From a virus (lineage: Duplodnaviria > Caudoviricetes), in the IMG/VR virus record IMGVR_UViG_3300028833_000058: 64,000 nucleotides of DNA; one strand, given 5' to 3'. The position numbers were made by a program, and so were the translations under genes. Shown in pieces: positions 39,788-50,283 of this stretch (position 1 is the first letter of the stretch; every line of letters begins with the position of its first letter). The notes beneath the pieces are model-generated. The model did not search any database and was not told the DNA's origin. It saw nothing but the letters and a program-made list of their open reading frames with translations.

Positions 39788-40669
39788 TTATAACACGATA
39801 TTCAAACTTTCTTTTATGTCTTTTTCTTCTTGTTCTTTCGTCAAATATTGGTATATTAACTCATTTGAACAACTGTTTTCAAGAATTTCCATTTTCTTTT
39901 TAATCAAATAAAAGTCACCTGCACACAAATGTTGTAACTTATTTAATTGTTCTTCTGTTAAACTAAATTCATCTCCAAAATATTCTTTTATACCAGCATT
40001 AACATTTTCTGGCTTCATGTAGTCGAATTTAATCTTAAAGATAAATCTACGCATAGATGCCTTGTCTATTCTTTCTTTTAAATTAGTTGTCATAATCAAT
40101 GGATATTCAAAATCTTCCATTTGTGTTAACAATTCGTTTACTTGTGACACCTCAAACTCACGTTGAGAATATGTTCTGTCATATAAAAATGTATCAGATT
40201 CGTCTAAAAGTAATATAGCTTTCTTTTTCGTTGCTTCTTGAAATGCATCTCTGACGTTTTGTTCAGTTTGACCAACCCATTTGTCAATTAAATCAGATGC
40301 CCTTTTCTTTATTATCGGCATGCCAAGTTGTTGTGCGATATATCTACCTAAGTAGCTTTTACCACTTCCACTTTCACCATATAACAAGATGGCATATTTC
40401 TTTATTGGAGAACGTACCAATTTTTCTACAAACTCTTGTATATCTTCATTGGCATTTACCATATCAAAATTGTATTTTACATCTGTCGGTGGTGTTAGTT
40501 TTTCTTCTTCCTCTTCGTTCTGTATTTTCTCTGGTCTACCATCTCCACCACGCATTTGTTTTTCTAATAACCTTTTAAGGTCTGGTGGCAGAAAATCAGA
40601 GACTTGTGGGTCTATGAACACTTGTGTGAACATAGGTATAGTAGGCTTATTTTCTGGGTTTTCGTTCAT
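39788..40669 (-). CDS. AAA+ ATPase
   Basis: GESGSGKS, LLLDESD, TTN, DKASMRRF. Confidence 0.9.
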   Translation of the reverse strand: MNENPENKPTIPMFTQVFIDPQVSDFLPPDLKRLLEKQMRGGDGRPEKIQNEEEEEKLTPPTDVKYNFDMVNANEDIQEFVEKLVRSPIKKYAILLYGESGSGKSYLGRYIAQQLGMPIIKKRASDLIDKWVGQTEQNVRDAFQEATKKKAILLLDESDTFLYDRTYSQREFEVSQVNELLTQMEDFEYPLIMTTNLKERIDKASMRRFIFKIKFDYMKPENVNAGIKEYFGDEFSLTEEQLNKLQHLCAGDFYLIKKKMEILENSCSNELIYQYLTKEQEEKDIKESLNIVL

Positions 40670-40960
40670 TTAAGCATTTTCCTTGTCACTAATGTTATAA
40701 CTTATTGAATATTCATTTGTTATTGTACATTTTGTGAAGTCATAAATAAAATTTGTGATATCAGCATTTGTTAAATCGTCTCGTAAAGGAAGATATATCT
40801 TTTCGTCATGCATGTCTACCATTTCTATAACGACTTTTTGTTTTGGTTTTCCTTCATTTGAAACTATTGGCACGTTAATTATACTTAACTCTTTTACCGT
40901 ATTAATTTTTTTTGGTTCAAAATACAAATTATCTTGATAATCTGGTGTATTGTCTCCCAT
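40670..40960 (-). CDS. Hypothetical protein
   Basis: SD GGGAG; GTTCTA motif upstream. Confidence 0.55.
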   Translation of the reverse strand: MGDNTPDYQDNLYFEPKKINTVKELSIINVPIVSNEGKPKQKVVIEMVDMHDEKIYLPLRDDLTNADITNFIYDFTKCTITNEYSISYNISDKENA

Positions 40961-41111
40961 TTGTATCTCCCTTTATGCGTATTTAACTAATTTTTAGAAC
41001 TAATGACATCTTATAGAATACGAAGATTATTGTAAAGTTAATAATTAATTTATGAATAAAAAAAGCACCCATTCATAATCAATGAGTGCTTTTCTCCTCC
41101 TTCTCTATTGA

Positions 41112-41594
41112 CTAATCAGAGATTTTATAAGAAACATGTTCATCTTTAGTCTCTGGTTCTTCTATCTTACACTCTATCTGTAGTAATCCGTTTGTAAGTT
41201 TTACAGATTCTACACTTGTGTGTTTTGGTAATTTCATTGACCATTGGAAAGATTTTGTTGTTATACCTTTATATAGGTAATGCAACTCTGCTTCGTTACC
41301 TTTTGATATATCTTCAACGTATAGAGTGTTATTTTTTGTGTATACGTCTAAATTTTCTTTACAGTATCCAGCTAAAGCTAATTCGATAACAAATTGGTTA
41401 CGATTATACCCATCAGTACTATCACAACCTTCTTCTTCTGGTTTATAATAAATGTTATATTTTGGGAAATTATCTTGACGATTTATCAAACTAAGTGGAA
41501 GTTCGTTTGAAAAGAATTCATCTACAAAAGATGATAAAGGTGAATTAAAAATACGATTCAAATTGCTGTTAACCAGCGATAATTGCTTATTCAT
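41112..41594 (-). CDS. Small heat-shock protein Hsp20 (IbpA-like)
   Basis: FPKYNI, IELALAGY, YLYKGI, LTNGLLQI. Confidence 0.9.
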   Translation of the reverse strand: MNKQLSLVNSNLNRIFNSPLSSFVDEFFSNELPLSLINRQDNFPKYNIYYKPEEEGCDSTDGYNRNQFVIELALAGYCKENLDVYTKNNTLYVEDISKGNEAELHYLYKGITTKSFQWSMKLPKHTSVESVKLTNGLLQIECKIEEPETKDEHVSYKISD

Positions 41595-41742
41595 TTTAAA
41601 ATCTCCTAATATTTAAGCAAGATTAAAGTTATACTAATACATAGAGCTTAAAATTTTAACCCGATAAGGCATTAAACATAAGTTCTATACAATATATAAG
41701 AACTAAGTTGTTAAAAATCAAGAGTAAGAAAAGAAATAAATT

Positions 41743-42243
41743 ATGAAGACAAGAATAACCCAAAGAAAACCAGGAATGTCTAAGATAGCTTTTAAAAAGA
41801 TACTCAAAAGAAATTTTAATCCCGCTAAACAGACATTAGTACCTGTTGGTAAATATAATATCAAAATTGGAAAAAGTGTAAGTGAAGAAAAGTGGATACA
41901 GAAACTTGAGATGATATTTAACACTAAGATTATACGTGAACAACTTATTTATGGCCCAATTGTAACAGGAAACAAACGTCAAATTTATGTTGTTGATGGA
42001 TATATACCTGATAAAAGAATCTGTTTTGAGTTCAATGGCGATTATTACCATGGGAATCCTAAAATTTATGACCAAAGGGCCTATTGTAAACAATTGAAAT
42101 GTACATATGGTGAATTGTATCAAAAGACTTATCTTAGATACAATTGGCTTTTGCAGCATAATTACACCGTGTTTTATGTGTGGGAAGCTGACTATAAAAA
42201 AGGTGCTGTTGGAAAATTTTATAAGGCAGGAGAACCGTTATGA
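41743..42243 (+). CDS. Vsr/DUF559-like endonuclease
   Basis: VDGY...FEFNGDYYHG...VWE. Confidence 0.7.
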   Translation: MKTRITQRKPGMSKIAFKKILKRNFNPAKQTLVPVGKYNIKIGKSVSEEKWIQKLEMIFNTKIIREQLIYGPIVTGNKRQIYVVDGYIPDKRICFEFNGDYYHGNPKIYDQRAYCKQLKCTYGELYQKTYLRYNWLLQHNYTVFYVWEADYKKGAVGKFYKAGEPL

Positions 42244-42584
42244 GAATTGATGATATATTAGATGAAACAATTGAACTCATCATTGCTAACATGAATGGTG
42301 GTAACTTTAAAGACATCGGTGCGTTAAGAAAGTCTGAATACCAACATTCTAAGGGTGAGGATGATGCTTTTTTACGTAGTGATATGTATAAAGGGTGTAT
42401 GTGGGAAAAGACAAAAAATGTTAAAAAGGCTTATGCCAAACGAAAGAATAAAACTGCTAAGAATAATGAATCTGTTAAGAGAGCTAGTGAAAAACGTGCA
42501 GAGTGGTATAAAGACCCTAAAAATAGAGCTAAGTTCAAAAAGAAGATTAAACAGCGTGATAAAAACAAACGTGAATCTAACTAA
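42240..42584 (+). CDS. Hypothetical basic protein
   Basis: ATGA overlap with previous gene. Confidence 0.5.
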   Translation: MRIDDILDETIELIIANMNGGNFKDIGALRKSEYQHSKGEDDAFLRSDMYKGCMWEKTKNVKKAYAKRKNKTAKNNESVKRASEKRAEWYKDPKNRAKFKKKIKQRDKNKRESN

Positions 42585-42971
42585 CTATTCTTTATAATCT
42601 TTTCCATACATTAGTACTTTTGTAGGTGAGAACTTTTCGGCTACGTTCATAAGTGTCCAACGATAGAAGGTTGGATACTCTTTTTCTATCTTGTGTAATT
42701 CTTCTTTATGGTTTTCCATAAACGTTTTTGCTTCACGTTGTGTCCTAAAACAAAGACCAGAATAGAGCTGTTTCTTACTTTGTATGTACGAAGCATCGTT
42801 TTTTCTTGATATACCTGTATCAAAAGGTTTCCATTTGTAACTTCCATGTTTTAAGTACACTGATTTTGTACTTAAATCTAAATCAACAAATGCTTCTCTT
42901 GGAGCCACGTTTCTCTTATATCTTGTTTCGTTGTTACCTGCTGTTGAAAGTTTTATTTTTATCTGTTTCAT
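42585..42971 (-). CDS. Hypothetical protein
   Basis: Sigma70-like TTTACA-17-TATAAT at 43055-43027. Confidence 0.55.
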   Translation of the reverse strand: MKQIKIKLSTAGNNETRYKRNVAPREAFVDLDLSTKSVYLKHGSYKWKPFDTGISRKNDASYIQSKKQLYSGLCFRTQREAKTFMENHKEELHKIEKEYPTFYRWTLMNVAEKFSPTKVLMYGKDYKE

Positions 42972-43062
42972 AAAATATAATAACCCTAATCAATCGTTGA
43001 AACTCTCCTTTCGATTTCATAGAGTTATTATATGCGACTCGGACGAATCTGTAAAGTCAATT

Positions 43063-43698
43063 TTAAGATTGTTTGCAAGTAATTGTGAACTTATCCCCAA
43101 GATTTATTACAATTTCTGTATCCGATAAAGATTTGATACTAGGTTTTAATTCACTGTTGACGATTTCTTGTTTAATAATGTTACCTTCTAGCAATGCTTT
43201 TAGATTGTCTCTTGAAATATCCCAAACCCATGTATCAGATTTAATACCATATACAATTTTATCTGTTAAAGCATCTTTACGATATTTTATCACAATGTGA
43301 GGTGGTATTACATCGTTTCCGTCCATTGCTTTAGCAAAGGTAATTTCATTTGAAAGGTCTTTGTGTACAACCCAATCTAATTTAGTTTTATCCAAAAATT
43401 TGTTTAAATCAGATGATACCTCAGCACATAACTGGTCACATTCTAGCTTTAAATTTATATATTTAGCTATTGCATAAGGATTGTCCATGACTTCTTTGAA
43501 TTGTGGTAATACTTGCATGTCATGTTTTTCACACAACTTTTCTACAATCTCTGGTTCAATGTAATCAAAGGTTCTATATTCTTTTCCTCCTGATACCTCT
43601 TTTAAAGCTTCCTTTACTTCGTCTATATCTTTTTTAAGTTCAGCATCAATCGCTTTCTCCAATTCAATTTGTGTTTCTGCACTCAATTCTTCTCTCAT
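43063..43698 (-). CDS. Hypothetical protein
   Basis: Packed minus-strand operon. Confidence 0.55.
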   Translation of the reverse strand: MREELSAETQIELEKAIDAELKKDIDEVKEALKEVSGGKEYRTFDYIEPEIVEKLCEKHDMQVLPQFKEVMDNPYAIAKYINLKLECDQLCAEVSSDLNKFLDKTKLDWVVHKDLSNEITFAKAMDGNDVIPPHIVIKYRKDALTDKIVYGIKSDTWVWDISRDNLKALLEGNIIKQEIVNSELKPSIKSLSDTEIVINLGDKFTITCKQS

Positions 43699-43900
43699 TA
43701 TTTTTCTCCCTTGTAAAATTGATAGTTGTAATTATGTTATCACCTTTCCCTAGAATTGGCACTAATGAAGTTATTTGTTCGTTGTCTACAGTCTCATCAA
43801 AAGAAATTGTAGATAACTTTTCATCACCTTCAGAAATGTTTAATATCCATTTACCTTTTACCTTACAAAAATCGAAATTTACCATATGTGCTCCTTTCAA
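43664..43900 (-). CDS. Hypothetical protein
   Basis: Packed operon. Confidence 0.45.
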   Translation of the reverse strand: MKGAHMVNFDFCKVKGKWILNISEGDEKLSTISFDETVDNEQITSLVPILGKGDNIITTINFTREKNNERRIECRNTN

Positions 43901-44904
43901 ATCTCATTGGTATCGACTATTAAATTTGGGTTAAATTGTCTTTCATTAAACGGTTCGTTGTACTTAAAATAACCGCATGGATTTGTTATATATCTAATAT
44001 CTCTCTTTCCAAAAGTAAAGTCATTCCTACTATGTACATGCCCAGATGTAACAAGTTTAACATTTGGTAATTGTTCATCTACCCATTCCTCAAGGTCAGA
44101 TACAAAACTTGCGTTCATCAGCTTCTTTTTATATTTTTCAGATACACATTGTGGAGATAAACAGTGATGTGTCATGAGTATAATGTTAGCGTTCGGATTT
44201 ATAGTTATTATCTCATCGTGGCATCTCTTCACTTCTCTTTTAGCCTTTCTATGTAACTTCAAATAGTATCTAGGTGATAAAGGTTTTCTTTTAGATTCAT
44301 TACCCCATTGAAAATCATTTAATCTACTAATGGCTTCTGCCATAGTTTCTTCTCGTATTGTTTTCTTCGTTAATTTTGTAATAGGAGTATATTTACTCGG
44401 AAGTCCATATACAGAATACCATAAATCCCATGCTTTAAGTATATCGTTAAGTTCATCTAACGTTAAGTCACAATAGGTGTAATCGGTATAAAAAGTACTA
44501 CCGATTATAGCAGTATTTTCGTCAATCCACATCCAATCGTTTTCAAGATAATTCCAGAGTAAGTGAGTTTTTGGAAACTTTTCTTTTAGTTCTTGCTTCA
44601 ATTCTGAAAGTATTGGTTTACTTCCATCATCGTTTTCGAAATATTGTAAATGATTTCCGTCTATGAATATTACTTTTTGATTAGGAAAGAAGCTTTCGAA
44701 GAACTCTTTGTGGTCATCGATTCCAGCAGCAATGTCACCAGCTATCAATGTAATATCAACTGGTTCTTGGAAATCTTTACCAAAGTTTTTCCATAAGTCA
44801 GAAGTTTTATAAGTACCATCCCAATCTGGTCCGTTTATTCCTTTTGTATAATGTAAATCACTAATTAGACGTAATTTAGTCATTGACTTTTTCCTCATTG
44901 TCAA
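43897..44904 (-). CDS. Metallophosphoesterase
   Basis: ISDLH, AGDI, GNH, THH, SGHVH. Confidence 0.88.
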   Translation of the reverse strand: MTMRKKSMTKLRLISDLHYTKGINGPDWDGTYKTSDLWKNFGKDFQEPVDITLIAGDIAAGIDDHKEFFESFFPNQKVIFIDGNHLQYFENDDGSKPILSELKQELKEKFPKTHLLWNYLENDWMWIDENTAIIGSTFYTDYTYCDLTLDELNDILKAWDLWYSVYGLPSKYTPITKLTKKTIREETMAEAISRLNDFQWGNESKRKPLSPRYYLKLHRKAKREVKRCHDEIITINPNANIILMTHHCLSPQCVSEKYKKKLMNASFVSDLEEWVDEQLPNVKLVTSGHVHSRNDFTFGKRDIRYITNPCGYFKYNEPFNERQFNPNLIVDTNEI

Positions 44905-46120
44905 TGATGTTTAACATATTTTTATATTTAACATTATCTAAATATCTATCGTAATTAGGAGTTTCTTTAATACCTTCGAAGACAGCAAAATATGTCAAAG
45001 GATAATTTTCTTTAACCCAATTAGCGAAGACTTGTTTAGCTAATTTTTCTGAACCTTGTTCTGTTAAAATCTCTTTATATTTATCTTCTCCAATCTTACC
45101 ATATTTCATTAATATATTTTTATAGGTGATTAGAGTTTTTTGTATTTTCTCAATTTTTTCGTTTAATTCTGGAAAAACTTGTAAGGCATCGTCAATAGTT
45201 CCGTTACGTATACCATCTAAAATTTTCTCATCTGTGGTTTCAAGCATATTGCGATAACCTTTTAGTCTGATATAATCTTCACACTTAATTTTTACACGAT
45301 TAAAGTTATCATCGACAATGACTACACCTTCATCTTTATCACCTTTATAAGTATTGCACAATTTTATCACATCATCTAAAGTATGTATATCAAAATACTT
45401 AACTGTATTAAATTTTTTAATCCCTGGTATTATTGCTTTAGCTATGTTAAGTGGATACTCATTGTAACTGTAAATGTTTCTACAACCTAAATAAATCAAA
45501 TCTGTTTTTGGATTATCTACTAATATACGTATCTTAGGTGAAATCAACTCAAACATATAAGTATAGTCTGGAGCAAATTCACTTAATGACACTTTGTTTT
45601 TAGATAAGCAATAGTTTATTAAATCTTGAATGGTATTACAATCGTTCGTTTCTTTTTCTTTGTATTTAGACGGAAGTTGAGATATAAGTTTATAGCTTAA
45701 ATTTGTTTCCCAACCGTTATTCGTAATCCAATGCCAATCGTCATTGTAATAGAATAACTTTATTAGTATTCCATCTACTTTTTGTTCAACTAAAGCTGAA
45801 TTCCAATCGATTTCTGGACAGAAGTCTTGACCTTGATTACCAAACTTTGTAAAAGGTGCTACTACCATACACGGATTCTTTGGGTCTTTTAAGGAAACGA
45901 CACAACCTCTGCATAATCTTACGTAAGGGTCGTTGAAATCACTGAATATACCGCTGTAAGAAAACATGTATAATTCTGGATATCTTAGTGTACCATCTTC
46001 ATTTTTCCATGGACATTGTTTTATTGTAATGAATCTTGGTTCAGCTTCTAAAAACTCTTTCCAATTTTCATTTTCTTTTATCAGTATCAAAAGTGGTCCA
46101 TACAAAGGCATATAACTCAT
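44876..46120 (-). CDS. T4 Rnl1-like RNA ligase
   Basis: CRG...PFTKFGN, KVDG (motif I), FELISP, EGVVI, RVKIKCEDY. Confidence 0.85.
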   Translation of the reverse strand: MSYMPLYGPLLILIKENENWKEFLEAEPRFITIKQCPWKNEDGTLRYPELYMFSYSGIFSDFNDPYVRLCRGCVVSLKDPKNPCMVVAPFTKFGNQGQDFCPEIDWNSALVEQKVDGILIKLFYYNDDWHWITNNGWETNLSYKLISQLPSKYKEKETNDCNTIQDLINYCLSKNKVSLSEFAPDYTYMFELISPKIRILVDNPKTDLIYLGCRNIYSYNEYPLNIAKAIIPGIKKFNTVKYFDIHTLDDVIKLCNTYKGDKDEGVVIVDDNFNRVKIKCEDYIRLKGYRNMLETTDEKILDGIRNGTIDDALQVFPELNEKIEKIQKTLITYKNILMKYGKIGEDKYKEILTEQGSEKLAKQVFANWVKENYPLTYFAVFEGIKETPNYDRYLDNVKYKNMLNIIDNEEKVND

Positions 46121-46626
46121 TTAATTTCTCCAAAATCTTTATGTGAAACAATCATGTCTTCAAATTCAAGTAACTTTGTCTCTTTTATTCTGCTATACAT
46201 GTTCTTTATGACATCTTCTGGGACAAATCTACCACCATTTTCTCCACGTTTAATGTTGTTTCTTAAACAATCTTCCAAAAGCATATCGGAGAAATCTACA
46301 ATAGTAAAGTTAATTGTTGGGTTTATACCATTCATAATTCTATATTCTTTTAGAATTGATTTTCTGGATATAAAAGTAGCATCAATTACAGTTATCTTAT
46401 TGTTTTCTAATGATTTTTTCAATCTTTCGTGAACTATCTTCCATATTTTACATTCGAAAGTATTTCCCCACTCTTCTTTCTTTGACTTAAATTCATCCCT
46501 TATGTCATCTGGACAAATTACACACGTGTTAGAATCAGAAAAATGTTTAGCCACAAATGTACTTTTACCACAACCAGGTATTCCATGTGTTAAAACTAAA
46601 TGTCTTTTTTCATCATTAAATGTCAT
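46117..46626 (-). CDS. Polynucleotide kinase (AAA_33/Pnk kinase domain)
   Basis: GIPGCGKST, PDDIR, VIDATF, RFVPEDVI. Confidence 0.85.
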   Translation of the reverse strand: MTFNDEKRHLVLTHGIPGCGKSTFVAKHFSDSNTCVICPDDIRDEFKSKKEEWGNTFECKIWKIVHERLKKSLENNKITVIDATFISRKSILKEYRIMNGINPTINFTIVDFSDMLLEDCLRNNIKRGENGGRFVPEDVIKNMYSRIKETKLLEFEDMIVSHKDFGEIK

Positions 46627-47311
46627 TGTCTTTTCTATATATTAAAAACTCTATTGGATACTTACGTAAGAGTTCTTTGTTGTAATCCACATCTTTCTTT
46701 TTAGAATGTTCCCAATGAGAAACTAAGTTCTTTAATCTTTTATAAGTTATATGTTTCATTAAATATGGGTCTAAATTGTTTTCTGGACTGTTTATAAAAT
46801 CGATTATCTTTTGCTTCCACAACTCGAACTTTGGTTGAGTAGATGTTTTGACAGTCATTATATACCAATCATGATTAGTATAATCTGTTATCTGTTTGAG
46901 TTCTTCTGCCGTTCGTATTTTATTTAACCTTTCTATCTTTTCTTTTCGCCAAAGTAGTATCTTTTTATTAAACTTCTTTAAGATACTCGGTTCTTTGTTA
47001 CCATCTATGACTTCAGAAATAACTCTGTTCAAGAGTAACTTCTTTTTGTTTGGCTTATTCCCACTGGTATAAAACAAATCATGATTTCCGTCATAATAAG
47101 TAAACTGATGACGTATATAGTTTATTTTTTCTTTTGTGTCCATTTCAGCTGATTTATCGTTTAAAATGTCGTATATACTACGTTTGCCAATTTTAGTTAC
47201 CTTCTTTTTGGCCATAATCTTTCTATATGTTATGTTACGTATACTACTCATTTTATACCAATCAGAGAAATTCGTCTTGTCTACCTTCCATGGCTCTATT
47301 CCAATTTTCAA
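46616..47311 (-). CDS. Hypothetical basic protein (start probably internal)
   Basis: Packed operon. Confidence 0.5.
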   Translation of the reverse strand: MKIGIEPWKVDKTNFSDWYKMSSIRNITYRKIMAKKKVTKIGKRSIYDILNDKSAEMDTKEKINYIRHQFTYYDGNHDLFYTSGNKPNKKKLLLNRVISEVIDGNKEPSILKKFNKKILLWRKEKIERLNKIRTAEELKQITDYTNHDWYIMTVKTSTQPKFELWKQKIIDFINSPENNLDPYLMKHITYKRLKNLVSHWEHSKKKDVDYNKELLRKYPIEFLIYRKDNDI

Positions 47312-47534
47312 TACTTCTTTTTATACTTACACCTAAATACTCATACTTATCTGAACCATGACATTTTGGGTTAGGACATTGTGCATAATACAACCCCTCT
47401 ACCTCAACTACTTTTGGGTATACTATCTGTTTAGATTTCTTTTTACAATGCTTGCAAGGAGCAGCACCTCTTTCGTCATACTCAATTAAACTTACATTCC
47501 TTTTCAAAGTTCTTTCATTACCTCTTTTGAACAT
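47262..47534 (-). CDS. Zn-finger protein (Lar-like)
   Basis: PCKHC...CPNPKC...SIENWN. Confidence 0.5.
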   Translation of the reverse strand: MFKRGNERTLKRNVSLIEYDERGAAPCKHCKKKSKQIVYPKVVEVEGLYYAQCPNPKCHGSDKYEYLGVSIKRSIENWNRAMEGRQDEFL

Positions 47535-47548
47535 GTAAATTCCTTTCT

Positions 47549-47872
47549 TTATAATTTGTTTTCTAATAACAACATGAATAAGACCATTTTGTTATATTTT
47601 AAAGTCATAATCTGTGTTTTAGTCTTTTTAGATACAATGTATATTGTGCCATCCTCTTCTAAAACAACATTAGTAGTTCCGTTTATAGATTTGAAGACAA
47701 AATCTTTTTCTGTAGACTTAATACTTTTATAACCAAGACCCTTTGCACATTTTACAACATCATCCCAATTTCTAACTATCTCTTTGTCTACTCCACAGGT
47801 AGTTATTCTAGGGACTTCAAACCATTGTTCTTCAATGGCAGTCGGTTTTAACAAAATGTCATATTTACTCAT
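47549..47872 (-). CDS. Hypothetical protein
   Basis: Packed operon. Confidence 0.55.
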   Translation of the reverse strand: MSKYDILLKPTAIEEQWFEVPRITTCGVDKEIVRNWDDVVKCAKGLGYKSIKSTEKDFVFKSINGTTNVVLEEDGTIYIVSKKTKTQIMTLKYNKMVLFMLLLENKL

Positions 47873-48242
47873 ATTTCATTCCACTTTCAAGTATCATTGG
47901 TGCTTCGCTGTCTTCAAAAATCACTTGTAATATAGCTTGACGTATCATTCCGCAATCTTTCAAAACTCTATTCCACCAATTAACAATTTCATCTTGATTT
48001 TCTTTTCCAAAATCACGTAAATCACCAAATATTACCACAGTGTAAGCTGACATAGCATCTGGATTCGGATTTCTTATGATTCTGTAATCCAAACTACCTT
48101 CAGAACCTAATGGCATATTACAATCACCTTCGTCTTCTTCGTCCCAAAGTTTTTTAACGAAGATTTTTTTAAAATTCGGTTGCTCCATGAATGGAAAACA
48201 ATCGACTCTGATTGTTCCAGCAACGTGTGTCCATGTACTCAT
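47865..48242 (-). CDS. Conserved hypothetical phage protein
   Basis: MSTWTHV...PLGSEGSL...GDLRD. Confidence 0.6.
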   Translation of the reverse strand: MSTWTHVAGTIRVDCFPFMEQPNFKKIFVKKLWDEEDEGDCNMPLGSEGSLDYRIIRNPNPDAMSAYTVVIFGDLRDFGKENQDEIVNWWNRVLKDCGMIRQAILQVIFEDSEAPMILESGMKYE

Positions 48243-48244
48243 AT

Positions 48245-48553
48245 TTATCCTTTCAAAAGTTTCTCTAACTCTTTAGCATAACTTTTTATTAAATTCAAGT
48301 CTCTTTCTGTCTGAATTGCTTTTGCTAATGATAAAAGTTTCTTATCTTTTTCTCTCTTTTTCATTAGATTCTTGACATTTTCAAGACGTTTTTTATGAAT
48401 TTTTTGCGCATCAACTTTTTTATCATTAAAAATAGAAAAGGTGTTAGCTTCTTTGTCCATATTGTGAATCAAATTGTTTTCATTACCTTCGAATCCAATA
48501 ATAAACTCATATTGGTCTGAAGTTAACAATGTGTCGTTTACTAGCACTAACAT
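48245..48553 (-). CDS. Hypothetical protein
   Basis: SD AAGGAG. Confidence 0.55.
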   Translation of the reverse strand: MLVLVNDTLLTSDQYEFIIGFEGNENNLIHNMDKEANTFSIFNDKKVDAQKIHKKRLENVKNLMKKREKDKKLLSLAKAIQTERDLNLIKSYAKELEKLLKG

Positions 48554-48562
48554 TTTATCTCC

Positions 48563-49723
48563 TTATTGAATTCTGTTTACTTTGTAAAAACTTCCTTGTC
48601 TGCTAAATGTCTTAATACTTTTAGCACCAATATAACTGCCACAACTACGTAAAGCACCTTTAATGTTGTTGATAGTATCTAAAATTGGGCCTGTGTACGG
48701 AACAAGTTTACTTTCTACCCCTTCTGATGTACCAGTTGTTGTTTTCTTACCATAATTTTCACATTGAGCTCGGAAAGAACTCATGCCGTAATAGTTTTTA
48801 AATTTTTTCATTTCGTATACTGGTTCTGTTTCAAGGATGTCACATACATCGTAATCATTATCAATGGGATTTAGATTTTCATCATTTTTATTACAAGTTA
48901 TGACTTCTACTTCATTGGTTTTATATACTTTTTTAATTACTTCACCAGCTGCTTCGTCACAACCAGCAAACATTGAACCAGACATACAAATATCTGCTCC
49001 TGCTACAAACGCTTTGCATAAGTCACCAGGCATTGTAAATCCACCGTCAGCAATAATCAAACCACCAACTTGATGAGCAGCATTGGCACATTCAATAACA
49101 GCAGACAATTGAGGACGACCACAACCAGTAGTATGACGTGTACGACAAACACCAGATGGTCCAATTCCAACTTTTACAATGTTTGCTCCAGCTTTAATCA
49201 ATTCTTGTGTTCTATCACCAGTACATACGTTACCAACTGCTATAATTCTATCTGGAAATTCTAAACGAACAAATTTAACAAGTTCTTCTACATCTGGAAT
49301 ATAAGCATTAGGTACATCAATTAAAATAGACCACATATGATTCTTACAATCTCTTAACTTTTGAATTTCTTCTGCTTGATTGCGTAAACCGATTGTAATG
49401 AAAAATGTAACTCCTTCCCAACCGTTATTTTTAAAATAGTTGTTAATTTCTTCCGCCGTATAAAACTTATGAATACAAGCTATCATGTGATGTAAACGTA
49501 ACTGAGTAGCTATTTCAAAAGTTCCTGTTTGTGTCATGTTAGCGTTCATGACAGGGCAACATTTGAATTCACGGATATATCCCATACCTAAATCTGGTTC
49601 AAGCTGCTTAAAATGTCTTTCTACCTCTACTTCCCCTCTGTGGTTTATAGTTGTTGTTTGTGGTACGATTAAAACATCACTATAATCAAGTTGTGTATCA
49701 TTTAAAATATGCATATCTCTCAT
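48563..49723 (-). CDS. guaC: GMP reductase
   Basis: LDYSDVLIVP, ANM, KVGIGPSGVCRTR, PQLSAVIECA, ADGG, YGMSS, LRSCGSYIGA. Confidence 0.9.
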   Translation of the reverse strand: MRDMHILNDTQLDYSDVLIVPQTTTINHRGEVEVERHFKQLEPDLGMGYIREFKCCPVMNANMTQTGTFEIATQLRLHHMIACIHKFYTAEEINNYFKNNGWEGVTFFITIGLRNQAEEIQKLRDCKNHMWSILIDVPNAYIPDVEELVKFVRLEFPDRIIAVGNVCTGDRTQELIKAGANIVKVGIGPSGVCRTRHTTGCGRPQLSAVIECANAAHQVGGLIIADGGFTMPGDLCKAFVAGADICMSGSMFAGCDEAAGEVIKKVYKTNEVEVITCNKNDENLNPIDNDYDVCDILETEPVYEMKKFKNYYGMSSFRAQCENYGKKTTTGTSEGVESKLVPYTGPILDTINNIKGALRSCGSYIGAKSIKTFSRQGSFYKVNRIQ

Positions 49724-49928
49724 CCCTTAAAATAGTTTCAACTTTGTCTTTGAGTAAAATGTCTTTAGAATAAGCTCTTTTGTTAATAGCAATTAACATA
49801 CGTAACATTCTTCTCACCCTTTGTTTATCCCATGTGTTAGGATATATTTCTATCAAATCGTTTATAAGTTGATAGAAATAAGAATAATATAGATGGTCTA
49901 AATATTTATTTTTTAGCCACTTAAACAT
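49698..49928 (-). CDS. Hypothetical protein
   Basis: Packed operon. Confidence 0.5.
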   Translation of the reverse strand: MFKWLKNKYLDHLYYSYFYQLINDLIEIYPNTWDKQRVRRMLRMLIAINKRAYSKDILLKDKVETILRDERYAYFK

Positions 49929-50283
49929 TCATCTTCTCTCTATGTTCATCAATCATTTTACAAACTTTTTCTAACTTCATAAGATATTTTTCGTCCAAAT
50001 CTATCTGGCCATTGTTATACATCTCTAAATCTTTCTTCCACGTATCAATCATACCGTCATCAATGAGGTCAATTAACTCAATCATATTCTTTTGTATTTC
50101 TTCTGACCCATTGAAAAGATAAAAGTGACAATGATTTAGAGCGGCAACCCACTTGGCATCACAATATGACCAATCTTTTTCTAAAGCTAAACCAAAAAAG
50201 TTAAGAAAGTGTCTAAACCACTTACCTAATTTAGACCAATCGTAGTTGTAATTGTATTCCTCGTTAAAATTATCGTGTTTCAT
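49921..50283 (-). CDS. Hypothetical protein
   Basis: SD AAGGAG. Confidence 0.55.
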   Translation of the reverse strand: MKHDNFNEEYNYNYDWSKLGKWFRHFLNFFGLALEKDWSYCDAKWVAALNHCHFYLFNGSEEIQKNMIELIDLIDDGMIDTWKKDLEMYNNGQIDLDEKYLMKLEKVCKMIDEHREKMNV

